Assembly (NCBI GenBank): GCA_965277035.1
Contig: CBDIBO010000003.1
Span: 5,071,786-5,135,785, forward strand
DNA: 64,000 nt
Source of the DNA: Rhodopila sp.
GTDB taxonomy: Bacteria > Pseudomonadota > Alphaproteobacteria > Acetobacterales > Acetobacteraceae
Reading direction: 5' to 3'
The position numbers were made by a program, and so were the translations under genes. The notes under the pieces were generated by a model. It was given only the letters and a program-made list of their open reading frames with translations. It ran no database searches and was not told the DNA's origin. Each line of letters opens with the position of its first letter. Positions within the stretch are counted from its first letter, which is position 1. Positions 9,949 through 20,005 of the stretch are shown here, one piece after another.

Positions 9949-12339
9949 TTGGGGGGGACCAGCCTTTTGTTGACGATCCGTGCTGTGCGGCTTGTTGCCG
10001 CCTGCCTGATGCCATTGCTGGTCATCGGAACCGCCGCCGCCCAACGCCCGACGTCCCCGGTTCGCCCAACAGCCCCACATTCGCCCTCCACCGCCACGGG
10101 CGGCGTCATCCAGTCGATCAAGATCGAGGGCAATCAGCGCATCGAGGACGGGACGATCGAGTCTTATCTGCTGGTTCAGCCCGGCGACTCGTTCGACCCG
10201 GACCGCATCGATCGCAGCTTGAAGACGTTGTATGCAACCGGCCTTTTCCAGGATGTCCGGCTGGGCCGCGTCGGCGATACGCTGGTCGTGCGGGTGGTCG
10301 AAAACCCAATCGTCAATCGCGTCGCTTTCGAAGGAAACCACAAAGTCACCGACGCTGTGCTGCAGCCGGAGATCCAGTTGCGGCCTCGCGCCGTATTCAC
10401 CCCAGCTTTGGCCGAGGCAGACCGGCAGCGGATCCTTACCCTGTATGCCAAGCATGGAAACTACGACGCCACGGTGGAGCCGAAGATCATCCGTCTGGAT
10501 CAGAATCGCGTCGATGTCATATTCCAGATCAACGACGGGTCCGCCACCCTGATCAGCAAGATCGTGGTGACCGGCAACAAGGCATTCAGCGAAGACCGAC
10601 TGACACAGGTCATCGACAGCCGGGAGTCGCGCTGGTGGCGCTTTCTGTCCTCGTCCGATCAGTATGATCCAGAGCGACTGGCCTTCGACAAGGAGTTGCT
10701 GCGCCGGTTTTATCTGAAGAACGGTTACGCCGACTTCAGGGTCGTCGACGCGAGCGCCGAACTATCGCCTGATCGAAAGGGTTTCTTCGTCTCCTTTACC
10801 GTCGATGAAGGTGCTCGCTACAAAGTCGGCAAGGTCACCGTCAACGTGCAGTTGCGGAACCTCAGCGCCAAGGATCTGCAGCCCGACCTGCAGCTCGCGC
10901 CGGGCGACTGGTATGACGGCGACGCGGTGGGCCGCACCGCCGACATGATCGAGCAGGCCGTGCATGACCGCGGCTACGCCTTCGTCAACGTCACACCAAG
11001 GGTCAATCGCGATACCACCAAGCACATTGTCGACCTGATCTTCGACGTGGGCGAGGGACCGCGGGTCTATGTCGAGCGCATCAACATCGTCGGCAACACG
11101 CGGACCGAGGACAAGGTCATCCGGCGCGAGTTCCGGTTGGCCGAAGGCGACCCGTACAACGCGGAAGCCATTCGCCGCACCAAGACCCAGTTGACCGATC
11201 TGGGTTACTTTCAGGCGGTCGATATCGCCACCAGTCCGGGATCAGCTCCTGACAAAGCCATACTCACCACGAATATCAGCGAGAAGGCCACGGGTGAACT
11301 GTCTTTCGGCGGCGGTTACTCGACCGATGCCGGCGCGCTCGTCGATATCGGCTTGGCGGAGCGCAACCTGGTCGGCACCGGCATCAATGCGAGTATCAAC
11401 GGCACGCTCGCGCAGCGCCGCAGTTCCATCAACACATCCATCACCGATCCATACTTCCTGGATCGCAACCTCGTGGCCGGTGCCGACGTCTTTCTGATTC
11501 AAACCAACTTCCTGGGAACCGAACCCTACGATGAGCGGCGAGAGGGGTTCGCGCTACGCATCGGCTATGCCTTCAACGAGCATCTGCGGCAGGTGTGGAG
11601 CTATTCACTGGTCAATCGCGATGTGTTCAACGTCGAAAACGGGGCCAGTCCGTTCATTCTGAACGAGGCGGGGACGACGTTGTTGTCGCAGGTCAGCCAA
11701 GTCCTGACGCTGGACTACCGCGACAGCAAGATCTTCCCGCGTTCGGGCTATGTCGTCGAAGGGGGCACCGACTTCGCCGGGCTTGGCGGCGACGCCAGGT
11801 TCGTCCGAGGCAACCTGAACGCGGCATACTATATCCCGTTGGAGGCCGAGTTTGGCAATCCGGACTGGGTCCTCAAGTTCGGCGGCAGCACCGGTTACAT
11901 GGCCTTACTGTCCGGTGGCCGCGAAGAAATCATCGACCGCTTCTTCCTTGGCGGCGACAATCTGCGCGGCTTCCAGACCGGCGGCGCTGGCCCGCACGAC
12001 ACCAGGACGGGTGATCCGCTGGGCGGCCGGTTTATCTGGACCCAGACATCCGAACTGCACTTCCCGCTGCCGGTTTCCCCTGATTTGGGCTTGAGCGGCC
12101 GCCTTTTTGTCGACGTCGGCGCGTTGAGCCAGGCATCATTCAGGTCCGGCTCCTGCATCAGCTCCCCAGGCGTTGATTGCCAGGTGACCTCTTCCAGCAC
12201 GCCGCGGGTGGGTGCTGGCTTCGGTATCTCCTGGCGCACTTCCTTCGGTCTGATAAACGTTGACTTGGCGCCGTTTGTGTCCAAGCAACCCGGCGACCAG
12301 ACGCAGATTTTCCGCTTTGGTTTTGGTACGAGGTTCTAG
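9949..12339 (+). CDS. bamA: Outer membrane protein assembly factor BamA
   Basis: POTRA-like repeats (GNQRIE, GNTRTEDKVIRRE), LRGF motif, C-terminal FGFGTRF. Start uncertain. Confidence 0.97.
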   Translation: MGGTSLLLTIRAVRLVAACLMPLLVIGTAAAQRPTSPVRPTAPHSPSTATGGVIQSIKIEGNQRIEDGTIESYLLVQPGDSFDPDRIDRSLKTLYATGLFQDVRLGRVGDTLVVRVVENPIVNRVAFEGNHKVTDAVLQPEIQLRPRAVFTPALAEADRQRILTLYAKHGNYDATVEPKIIRLDQNRVDVIFQINDGSATLISKIVVTGNKAFSEDRLTQVIDSRESRWWRFLSSSDQYDPERLAFDKELLRRFYLKNGYADFRVVDASAELSPDRKGFFVSFTVDEGARYKVGKVTVNVQLRNLSAKDLQPDLQLAPGDWYDGDAVGRTADMIEQAVHDRGYAFVNVTPRVNRDTTKHIVDLIFDVGEGPRVYVERINIVGNTRTEDKVIRREFRLAEGDPYNAEAIRRTKTQLTDLGYFQAVDIATSPGSAPDKAILTTNISEKATGELSFGGGYSTDAGALVDIGLAERNLVGTGINASINGTLAQRRSSINTSITDPYFLDRNLVAGADVFLIQTNFLGTEPYDERREGFALRIGYAFNEHLRQVWSYSLVNRDVFNVENGASPFILNEAGTTLLSQVSQVLTLDYRDSKIFPRSGYVVEGGTDFAGLGGDARFVRGNLNAAYYIPLEAEFGNPDWVLKFGGSTGYMALLSGGREEIIDRFFLGGDNLRGFQTGGAGPHDTRTGDPLGGRFIWTQTSELHFPLPVSPDLGLSGRLFVDVGALSQASFRSGSCISSPGVDCQVTSSSTPRVGAGFGISWRTSFGLINVDLAPFVSKQPGDQTQIFRFGFGTRF

Positions 12340-13202
12340 TGCTCCAAAATATCACCAAGAGTGTCGGCGCGATCCTTACGCTGGCGGTTGTCCTGGGTCC
12401 GCAGCCCGGCTTCGCCCAGCAGGGACAGAGCAGTCAGTGGTTCGTGCCAGGGCAGGTCCGACCGGCTTCGCCTACACCTCGGTCAGCGGCCCGTGCGGCG
12501 CCGTCGGGCGTTGCCCCGGGCGCGATCCCGCTCAGCAACCAGGCTGCGGGCGATCAGGCCGGCGGGGTAGTCCCGCCGCTTCAGGTTCAGCTGCCGCCAG
12601 CGCCACAGGTTCCGCCCGTTCCGAAGGGCCAGGCAACCCCCGCCGCCATCATCGGCATTCTGTCGGTGCCGGACGTGTTGCGGGTGTCGACGGCGTATCA
12701 GGCCGCCTATAAGACGCTGAACACACGCGGTCAGAAGCTCAATCAGGATGCGCAAAAGGAACAGAGCGCGTTGCGCGATCTGGGCCAGAAGTTTGCCGCC
12801 GACCGTTCCAGGCTGTCACCTGAGCAGATCCGCTCCAAGGAGAAGGAGATCCAGGACCGCGCCATCGAGGCCCAGCGCCGCTTTGGCGAGCGTAACCGGA
12901 TCATCCAGGAAGCCGGCCAGTACGTGATGATGCAGATCAATCGCACGATGGAGCAGGTTGCTCAACAGGTTGCCTTGTCCCGCGGCATCAACCTCGTGCT
13001 CAACCGGGCGCAGATCCTCGGCACGACGGCCGATTTTGATCTGACGCCCGCCGTGGCCGAGGTGTTGAACAAGGCGCTTCCGAGTGTCGTGGTTCCGCCC
13101 GACGGGATTTCGCCGCTGGCAATGGCGCCGCCGACAGCGCCCGCCGCTGAAGCCGCGCCGGCGGCGACCGCGACGGCCGCGAAGCCAGCCCAGAAGCGTT
13201 GA
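12339..13202 (+). CDS. skp: OmpH/Skp family periplasmic chaperone with Pro/Ala-rich extensions
   Basis: Signal peptide, Q/E/K-rich helical core, DLTPAVAEVLNK; lies between bamA and lpxD. Confidence 0.8.
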   Translation: MLQNITKSVGAILTLAVVLGPQPGFAQQGQSSQWFVPGQVRPASPTPRSAARAAPSGVAPGAIPLSNQAAGDQAGGVVPPLQVQLPPAPQVPPVPKGQATPAAIIGILSVPDVLRVSTAYQAAYKTLNTRGQKLNQDAQKEQSALRDLGQKFAADRSRLSPEQIRSKEKEIQDRAIEAQRRFGERNRIIQEAGQYVMMQINRTMEQVAQQVALSRGINLVLNRAQILGTTADFDLTPAVAEVLNKALPSVVVPPDGISPLAMAPPTAPAAEAAPAATATAAKPAQKR

Positions 13203-13205
13203 CAT

Positions 13206-14330
13206 ATGGCGCCCGGCCCTAGTCCGCCCAGCGAGCAGCGCGCGGCATCGGTGGGCGATCCCCGCTTCTTCCGGTGCGTTGGACCGCATACCCTGGCGGC
13301 CGTCGTTGATGCCGCCAACACTGACGGGAACCTGGCCGAGGCGCCGCCGCGGCGACTCATGCTGCATCACGTCGCGCCGCTGGCGATCGCGACCGGACAG
13401 GACGTCAGCTTCTGCCTGAACAACCGCAAACATGAGCGCGCGCTTGCGGCGACCGAGGCCGGCGCGGTGATCGTCCATCCCGACATGAAGCAGCTCGTGC
13501 CCGATACCGCCGTCGCGATCGTTGCGTCTGACCCGCTGACCGCCTGGGCGCGGGTGGCGGCGCTGTTCCATCCGGTGTCACCGGCGGTGCCCGGTATCCA
13601 CCGTTCGGCGGTCATCGCCGCGTCGGCGAAAATCGCCCCGACGGCCGAGGTGGGGCCGCTCGTGGTGATCGGGGAAAACGTGGTGATCGGGCCGCGTTGC
13701 CGGATCGGCCCGATGGCGGTGATCAGTGACGGCGTGGAAATCGGCTGGGACGGACGGATCGGCGCGCACGTCAGCTTGTCGCACGCTTTGATCGGGGACC
13801 GGGTCTATGTTTATCCCGGTGCCCGCATCGGCCAGGAAGGCTTCGGTTTCGCCGTCAACTCAGAGGGATTCGTTACTGTACCGCAGATCGGTCGCGTGCG
13901 CATCGAGGACGATGTGGAGGTCGGCGCCAATACCACCATCGATCGGGGCGCGTTGGAAGACACGGTGATCGGCGCCGGAACCCGGATCGACAATCTGGTG
14001 CAGATTGGACACAACGTTCAGATCGGCCGGGCGTGCGTGATCGTGGCACAGGCGGGCATCTCCGGCTCCTGCGTGCTAGAGGATCAGGTCGTGCTGGCGG
14101 GGCAGGCTGGCCTTGCCGGCCATCTGCGCGTCGGCGCCGGTTCGCGCGTCGGCGCGAAGTCCGGCGTCATGGGGGACATCCCGCCACACTCGGATTTCGT
14201 CGGCTACCCAGCTCGGCCGGCGAAGCTTTTTTTCAAGGAACTCGCCACCATCAGGCGTTGGATCCGCAACGGCGGCGTTCCCGTCCAAGCCGGCGGACCC
14301 GATGCGAAAAAGCAACCGGACGTGGATTGA
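13206..14330 (+). CDS. lpxD: UDP-3-O-(3-hydroxyacyl)glucosamine N-acyltransferase
   Basis: Hexapeptide repeats, GQEGFGF, VEVGANTTIDRG, IDNLVQIGHNV. Confidence 0.97.
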   Translation: MAPGPSPPSEQRAASVGDPRFFRCVGPHTLAAVVDAANTDGNLAEAPPRRLMLHHVAPLAIATGQDVSFCLNNRKHERALAATEAGAVIVHPDMKQLVPDTAVAIVASDPLTAWARVAALFHPVSPAVPGIHRSAVIAASAKIAPTAEVGPLVVIGENVVIGPRCRIGPMAVISDGVEIGWDGRIGAHVSLSHALIGDRVYVYPGARIGQEGFGFAVNSEGFVTVPQIGRVRIEDDVEVGANTTIDRGALEDTVIGAGTRIDNLVQIGHNVQIGRACVIVAQAGISGSCVLEDQVVLAGQAGLAGHLRVGAGSRVGAKSGVMGDIPPHSDFVGYPARPAKLFFKELATIRRWIRNGGVPVQAGGPDAKKQPDVD

Positions 14331-14335
14331 AGATC

Positions 14336-14830
14336 ATGGATGAGGCAGCACACTTCAGCCCGGAAGCGGGCAAGACCGTCGAGCTGATCGATATCCATCG
14401 TATCATGCACGATATCCCGCACCGCTATCCCTTCCTGATGCTGGATCGGGTCGTCGACGTGGTGCTGAACAGCTCGGCGACCGGGGTCAAGAACGTCTCT
14501 GTGAACGAGAACTTCTTCGCCGGGCACTTTCCCAATCATCCGGTGATGCCCGGCGTGATGATCATCGAGTGCATGGCACAAACCGCGGCCGTGCTGGTTG
14601 TCGAGACGCTGGGGCCCGACGCCGCCGGCAAGCTGGTCTATTTCATGTCGATCGAGGGTGCCAAGTTCCGCCGTCCGGTGATTCCCGGCGATCAATTGCG
14701 CATCCATATCGTCAAGGAGCGCAGCCGCGGCAACGTCTGGAAATTCCACGCCATCGCCAAGGTCGATGACGTCGCGGTGGCCGAGGCGACCTATTCCGCC
14801 ATGATCATGGACCGCGCCGCGCCGCCGTGA
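14336..14830 (+). CDS. fabZ: 3-hydroxyacyl-ACP dehydratase
   Basis: IPHRYPFLMLDRV, FFAGHFPNHPVMPGVMIIECMAQ. Confidence 0.98.
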   Translation: MDEAAHFSPEAGKTVELIDIHRIMHDIPHRYPFLMLDRVVDVVLNSSATGVKNVSVNENFFAGHFPNHPVMPGVMIIECMAQTAAVLVVETLGPDAAGKLVYFMSIEGAKFRRPVIPGDQLRIHIVKERSRGNVWKFHAIAKVDDVAVAEATYSAMIMDRAAPP

Positions 14831-15010
14831 TCTCGGTCTCGCCTTAGTAGCGCCAAAATGTGAAGCGAAACATAGCGTTACAAAGCTGTATCGGACACAT
14901 CCGGCAACAATGATTGAGTTGGTAGCCTAGGCTGCAACCCATACCCTGACCCTGTTTGTGCCCTGAAGCTTTGGACAGCCGCGCGTTCGGCGCCTTGGAA
15001 CGGAACCCGT

Positions 15011-15835
15011 ATGGATCTGATGACCGCAACCAGCCTGCACATCACCAACCGCGCCAGCATCCACCCCACGGCGTTGGTGGCGCATGGTGCCGAGATTGGC
15101 CCAGGTGTGGAGATCGGCCCGTTTTGCACGGTGGGTCCGAACGTCGTCATCGGCGCCGGGACCAGGTTGGTGTCTCACGTCGTCGTGGAAGGTCACACCC
15201 GGATCGGCGAGTGTGTTCAGTTGTTTCCGTTTTGTACCGTCGGCATGGCGCCGCAGGACATGAAATACAAGAACGAGCCGACCCGCTGCGAAATCGGTGC
15301 CCGCACCTTGGTACGCGAGCACTGCACCATCCATCGCGGCACCGCCACCGGCGTCGGCGTAACACGGGTCGGCAGTGATTGCATGCTGATGGCGGTCGTT
15401 CATGTCGCGCATGATTGTCAGTTGGGCAACAATGTCATCATCGCGAACAACGCGGTGATGGGCGGCCATGTCAGCATCGGTGACCATGCCGTGGTCGGCG
15501 GTTCGGCTGCCATCCATCAATTCGTCCGGATCGGCCGTGCCGCGATGATCGGTGGTGTGTCTGGCGTGGAAGGTGACGTGATCCCGTTTGGCAGCGTCAT
15601 CGGCAACCGGGCGCGGCTCGCCGCGCTCAATGTCGTCGGGCTGCGCCGCCGCGGTTTCGACAAGGCCGCGATACATCGCCTGCACGTCGCGTTCCGCGTG
15701 CTGTACGGCAAGCAGGGTGTGTTCGCTCAACGGCTAGAGGCGGCGCGCGTTGACTTTGGCGAAGATCCGTTGATCGCCGAAGTGTTGGCATTCATCGACG
15801 CCCCCAGCCATCGCGGACTGATCCGCGCCGAGTAA
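15011..15835 (+). CDS. lpxA: UDP-N-acetylglucosamine O-acyltransferase
   Basis: IHPTALV, PQDMKY, TIHRGT, HVAHDC, HQFVRIG. Confidence 0.98.
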   Translation: MDLMTATSLHITNRASIHPTALVAHGAEIGPGVEIGPFCTVGPNVVIGAGTRLVSHVVVEGHTRIGECVQLFPFCTVGMAPQDMKYKNEPTRCEIGARTLVREHCTIHRGTATGVGVTRVGSDCMLMAVVHVAHDCQLGNNVIIANNAVMGGHVSIGDHAVVGGSAAIHQFVRIGRAAMIGGVSGVEGDVIPFGSVIGNRARLAALNVVGLRRRGFDKAAIHRLHVAFRVLYGKQGVFAQRLEAARVDFGEDPLIAEVLAFIDAPSHRGLIRAE

Positions 15836-15988
15836 TACCCCGCGGCGGTCGTGGCAGCGCCGCGCGGCTCGGCCGCGACCCAATCGAACGACCCCGGCCA
15901 GCCCCCGGCAGCCTCGCTGTCAGGCGGGCTTGCCGCCGGCCACCCCCGCTGCGATCCTCCGCCAGAGAGGAAACCGCCGGAGCGCACC

Positions 15989-17347
15989 ATGAGCGACACA
16001 TTACCCACCGCCACGCGCGTTTCAGACCCCGGCATCCGCGCGCTCTACCGGCTGGAAAACCGTTGGCAGGCCTGGCTGGACGTCGAGGTCGCGCTGGCCA
16101 GGTCGCAAGCTCAGCGCGGCATCATCCCGGCCGCCGCCGCGGATGCCATCGCCATCGCCGCCAGGCTGGAGAATTTGGATCGTGCCCGCATCGACGAAGC
16201 GCTGGCGCGCACCGGCCATACCATCGTTCCCCTGGTCTGGGAACTCAGTCGCGTCGTCGGTGATCCGCATGGCGGTTGGGTCCATTGGGGTGCCACCACG
16301 CAGAACATCACCCAGACCGGCGACCTGCTGGTGCTGCGCCAGGCGCATGCGATCTTTCTACGGCAAATCGGCGAGATCCTGTCCGCGATGGCCGATCTGG
16401 CGGAACGCGGCGCCGACATGCCGATCGCCGGCCGCACCCATGGCCAACATGCCGTCCCCGCGACCTTCGGCTACAAGGTCGCGGTGTGGATCGATGAGCT
16501 GCTGCGCCACCGCGAACGCTTTCAGCAAGCCGCGCCGCGCCTGTTCGTCGCCATGCTCGGCGGCGGGGCAGGGACCTACGCCTCGCTCGGCCAGGACGGA
16601 CCGGTCGTGCAACAAGGTATCGGCCGGCTGTTGGGTTTCGGCTCCATGACCGTTCCCTCTCGCGCCATCGGTGACCATCTGGCGGAAAACATTGTCCTGC
16701 TTGGTCTGCTCGCCGCCACCTGCGGCAAGATCGGCCGCGAAATCTACACCTTGATGAAGACCGAGTTCGGCGAAGTCGAGGAACCCGTTCCCCCTGGCAC
16801 GGTCGGCAGTTCCACCATGCCGCAGAAACGAAACCCCAAGCTGTGTCAGGACATCATCGCGGCCGCCGCCGAAATTCGCGCCCAGGTGCCGTTGGCGCTG
16901 GAGGCAATGACCACCGAGCATGAGGCTGACCGCACGACCAGCCTGATGATGGATACGGCGGAGCAGCGGGCCTGCATCGCCGTTGGCGACATGCTGAGCC
17001 GTCTGGCGGAGATCATGCGCGGCCTGCGGCTGGACCCGGCGCGTATGCGCATCAATCTTGACCTTGGCGGTGGCCTGATCATGGCCGAGGCGGTGATGCT
17101 GGACCTCGGCGCGGCGATCGGCCGTCAACATGCGCATGATGCGGTGTATGACGCCGCGCAGGACGCGTTTATCCACGGCAAGTCGTTCCGGGAAATGCTG
17201 GCCGCGGATACCCGCGTCAGCACGCACATGACACCGGATCAGATCAGCGGACTGCTCGACCCAACCGCCTATACGGGCCTGTGTGCGCAGATGGCCCGCG
17301 ACGGCGCCGGCCGGGCAAGGGCAGCTGCCATGGAATTGCTGAAATGA
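15989..17347 (+). CDS. Fumarase/aspartase superfamily lyase (adenylosuccinate lyase-like / PcaB-like)
   Basis: Signature GSSTMPQKRNP, HWGATTQN, GRTHGQHAVP. Substrate cannot be assigned. Confidence 0.85.
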   Translation: MSDTLPTATRVSDPGIRALYRLENRWQAWLDVEVALARSQAQRGIIPAAAADAIAIAARLENLDRARIDEALARTGHTIVPLVWELSRVVGDPHGGWVHWGATTQNITQTGDLLVLRQAHAIFLRQIGEILSAMADLAERGADMPIAGRTHGQHAVPATFGYKVAVWIDELLRHRERFQQAAPRLFVAMLGGGAGTYASLGQDGPVVQQGIGRLLGFGSMTVPSRAIGDHLAENIVLLGLLAATCGKIGREIYTLMKTEFGEVEEPVPPGTVGSSTMPQKRNPKLCQDIIAAAAEIRAQVPLALEAMTTEHEADRTTSLMMDTAEQRACIAVGDMLSRLAEIMRGLRLDPARMRINLDLGGGLIMAEAVMLDLGAAIGRQHAHDAVYDAAQDAFIHGKSFREMLAADTRVSTHMTPDQISGLLDPTAYTGLCAQMARDGAGRARAAAMELLK

Positions 17348-18192
17348 CCGAGCTTGATGTCGATCATCTGCGGTCGTGGATCGGCCGGCAGGAAACGCTG
17401 CGTGATCAGGTCACGCGTTTTCCAATCGCCGCGCTGTCGGCCACGTTGGACCGGGACGATCCGGCACCCACTTCGGGCGATCCGTTGCCGCCGCTTTGGC
17501 ACTGGCTCTATTTCCTCCCCACTGCGCGACAGTCTGTCCTGGGGCCGGACGGACATCCGGCGCGCGGTGGGTTCCTGCCGCCGGTGCCGCTGCCACGCCG
17601 CATGTGGGCCGGCGGTCGCTTCAGATTTCATCAGTCGCTGCGGGCAGACGAGGCCATCACGCGGCTTTCCACCGTCCAGGACGTAACGATCAAGCACGGC
17701 CGCAATGGTGCGCTGTGCTTCGTGCTGGTGAAGCATGAGGTCGTCGGAGGCAACGGTTTGGCGTTGGTTGAAGAACATGACATCGTTTATCGCAATGCGC
17801 CGCAACCGGGCCAGGCGCCGGCTGCCCCGCAGCAGGCGCGCACCGACGATGCCTGGCACCGCGATATCCATCCTAGTGAGTCACTGCTGTTCCGTTACTC
17901 CGCGCTCACTTTCAACAGCCATCGCATTCACTACGACCGGCGTTATGTGACGGAGACGGAAGGTTACCCCGGCCTGATCGTCCACGGCCCACTGATCGCG
18001 ACGCTGCTGATCGACCTGCTGCGGCGGAACACAGACCGGCCGGTCGCCGCGTTTCGCTTCCGCGCGATTAGCCCGCTGTTCGATACCGAACCGTTCTCGG
18101 TTCATGGCGTACCGGATGACACGGGGGCAGTCGCCCTGTGGGCGCGTGACCCGACGGGGTCTGTGGCCATGGAGGCCGAGGCATCGTTCTGA
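17344..18192 (+). CDS. Double hot-dog (MaoC/HTD2-like) acyl-CoA hydratase, mesaconyl/itaconyl-CoA hydratase-like
   Basis: LPPLWHW, PRRMWAGG, LFRYSALTFNSHRIHYD, GLIVHGPL. ATGA overlap with the lyase. Confidence 0.85.
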   Translation: MTELDVDHLRSWIGRQETLRDQVTRFPIAALSATLDRDDPAPTSGDPLPPLWHWLYFLPTARQSVLGPDGHPARGGFLPPVPLPRRMWAGGRFRFHQSLRADEAITRLSTVQDVTIKHGRNGALCFVLVKHEVVGGNGLALVEEHDIVYRNAPQPGQAPAAPQQARTDDAWHRDIHPSESLLFRYSALTFNSHRIHYDRRYVTETEGYPGLIVHGPLIATLLIDLLRRNTDRPVAAFRFRAISPLFDTEPFSVHGVPDDTGAVALWARDPTGSVAMEAEASF

Positions 18193-18291
18193 CGTCCGCG
18201 CAGCACGAGGCACTCTTCTCCAGTGATCTCTGGCAAGCCGCACGCGAACCGGGCACACTGCACCGGGTCCAGGCACCAGAGGCGGCGGCTG

Positions 18292-19938
18292 ATGAGACAG
18301 GTAATAACCAAGGTCCTGATCGCGGGCGGCGGTCCGGTCGGCTTGACGCTGGCGATGGACCTGGCCTGGCGGGGCATTCCTGTCCTGGTGCTCGAAAGCC
18401 GTGCCCCGGGTGAGCCGCCGAGTGTCAAGTGCAACCACGTCAGTGCGCGGACAATGGAGATTTTTCGCCGCCTCGGCGTCGGTCAGGCGGTGCGTGACAG
18501 CGGGCTTCCGCCTGACTATCCGAATGACGTCGCATTCCGGACGACCACGACAGGCATTGAGCTTTCTCGTATTCCGATCCCCTGCCGGGCTGACCGCTAC
18601 ACCGCGACCGGTGGGCCGGATACATGGTGGCCTACGCCCGAACCGCCGCATCGGATCAACCAAATCTACCTCGAACCAGTGCTGTTCGCCCATGCCATAT
18701 CGATGCCCGGTTTGCGCATCTTCAACCGCATGCAGCTCACCGAGCTCAGCCAGCACGATGGCGGCGTTGTCGCCACGGCCGCTGATCTGGACGGTGGCGA
18801 GGACCTGACCATCGAGGCCGCCTACCTGATCGGCGCGGACGGTGCGCACTCCACCGTGCGGCGGCGGATCGGCGCCAGCCTGAGTGGCGACGCAATGTTG
18901 GAGCAGCGACAATCCACCTACATTCGCGCCCCGGCTTTGCTGCGCGCGACGCCGACGAAGCCGGCCTGGGCAAACACTTCGCTCAATCCCCGACGCAGCG
19001 CCAACATGTTCGCGATCGACGGGCGAGAGACTTGGCTGATCCACAACTACATGCGGCCTGGCGAGACGTTTGACAGCTTGGATCGTGATCACTGCATGCG
19101 CATGATCCTGGGCGTCGGACCATCGTTCCCGATCGAGATCATCGCCAAGGAGGATTGGACCGCTCGGCGGATGATCGCTGACCGGTTCCGTGACCGTCGG
19201 GTGTTCTTGTGCGGGGATGCAGCGCACATCTGGGTGCCCAATGCCGGCTACGGAATGAACGCTGGAATCGCCGACGCGATGAACCTGTCCTGGATGCTGG
19301 CGGGTGTGCTGCACGGCTGGGCGGCTCCTGCGATCCTCGATGCATATGAGGCTGAACGGATGCCCATAACTGATCAGGTGTCGCATTACGCGATGGATAC
19401 ATCGGCCGCGTTGGCCAGACAGCGCGGCGGCATTCCGTCCAACATCGAGGATCCAGGTCCCGAGGGTGACGCCAGCCGGGCGCGCGTCGGTCTGGATGCG
19501 TACACCATCAATGTCGGCCAGTTCTGCTGCGGTGGGCTGAATTTTGGCTCGTTCATCGAGCGATCGCCGATCATTGCGCATGACGGCGCATCACCCCCCG
19601 ACTACACGATTTACGACTTCACGCCTTCAACCGTGCCAGGCTGCCGGACGCCACACATCTGGCTGAAAGACGGCATGTCCCTGTACGACGGTTTGGGTCC
19701 CGATTTTACCTTGCTGCGTTTCGATCCCGATATGGACGTCGGAAAACTGGTGGGCGCGGCTGAGGCCCGAGGCGTGCCGCTGACCGTGCTGGATGTCTCG
19801 ACATCGGAGCCAGCTTATACCGAGAAACTGGTGCTTTCCCGTCCGGACCAGCATGTCGCATGGCGCGGTAACGCAGCGCCTTCGGACCCGGCCGGGTTGA
19901 TCGACCTGGTCCGCGGCGCCTGCGCATACGAGCCCTGA
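18292..19938 (+). CDS. FAD-dependent monooxygenase (PheA/TfdB/TcmG-like aromatic hydroxylase family)
   Basis: GGGPVG, DGAHS, RVFLCGDAAH, GMNAGIADA, C-terminal RPDQHVAW. Confidence 0.9.
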   Translation: MRQVITKVLIAGGGPVGLTLAMDLAWRGIPVLVLESRAPGEPPSVKCNHVSARTMEIFRRLGVGQAVRDSGLPPDYPNDVAFRTTTTGIELSRIPIPCRADRYTATGGPDTWWPTPEPPHRINQIYLEPVLFAHAISMPGLRIFNRMQLTELSQHDGGVVATAADLDGGEDLTIEAAYLIGADGAHSTVRRRIGASLSGDAMLEQRQSTYIRAPALLRATPTKPAWANTSLNPRRSANMFAIDGRETWLIHNYMRPGETFDSLDRDHCMRMILGVGPSFPIEIIAKEDWTARRMIADRFRDRRVFLCGDAAHIWVPNAGYGMNAGIADAMNLSWMLAGVLHGWAAPAILDAYEAERMPITDQVSHYAMDTSAALARQRGGIPSNIEDPGPEGDASRARVGLDAYTINVGQFCCGGLNFGSFIERSPIIAHDGASPPDYTIYDFTPSTVPGCRTPHIWLKDGMSLYDGLGPDFTLLRFDPDMDVGKLVGAAEARGVPLTVLDVSTSEPAYTEKLVLSRPDQHVAWRGNAAPSDPAGLIDLVRGACAYEP

Positions 19939-20005
19939 CAAGCGCAGCCCCAGCGGTGTCGTCAACCGCACAGCCACAAGTACTTGAAGCTGTGATAACG
20001 TCGTT

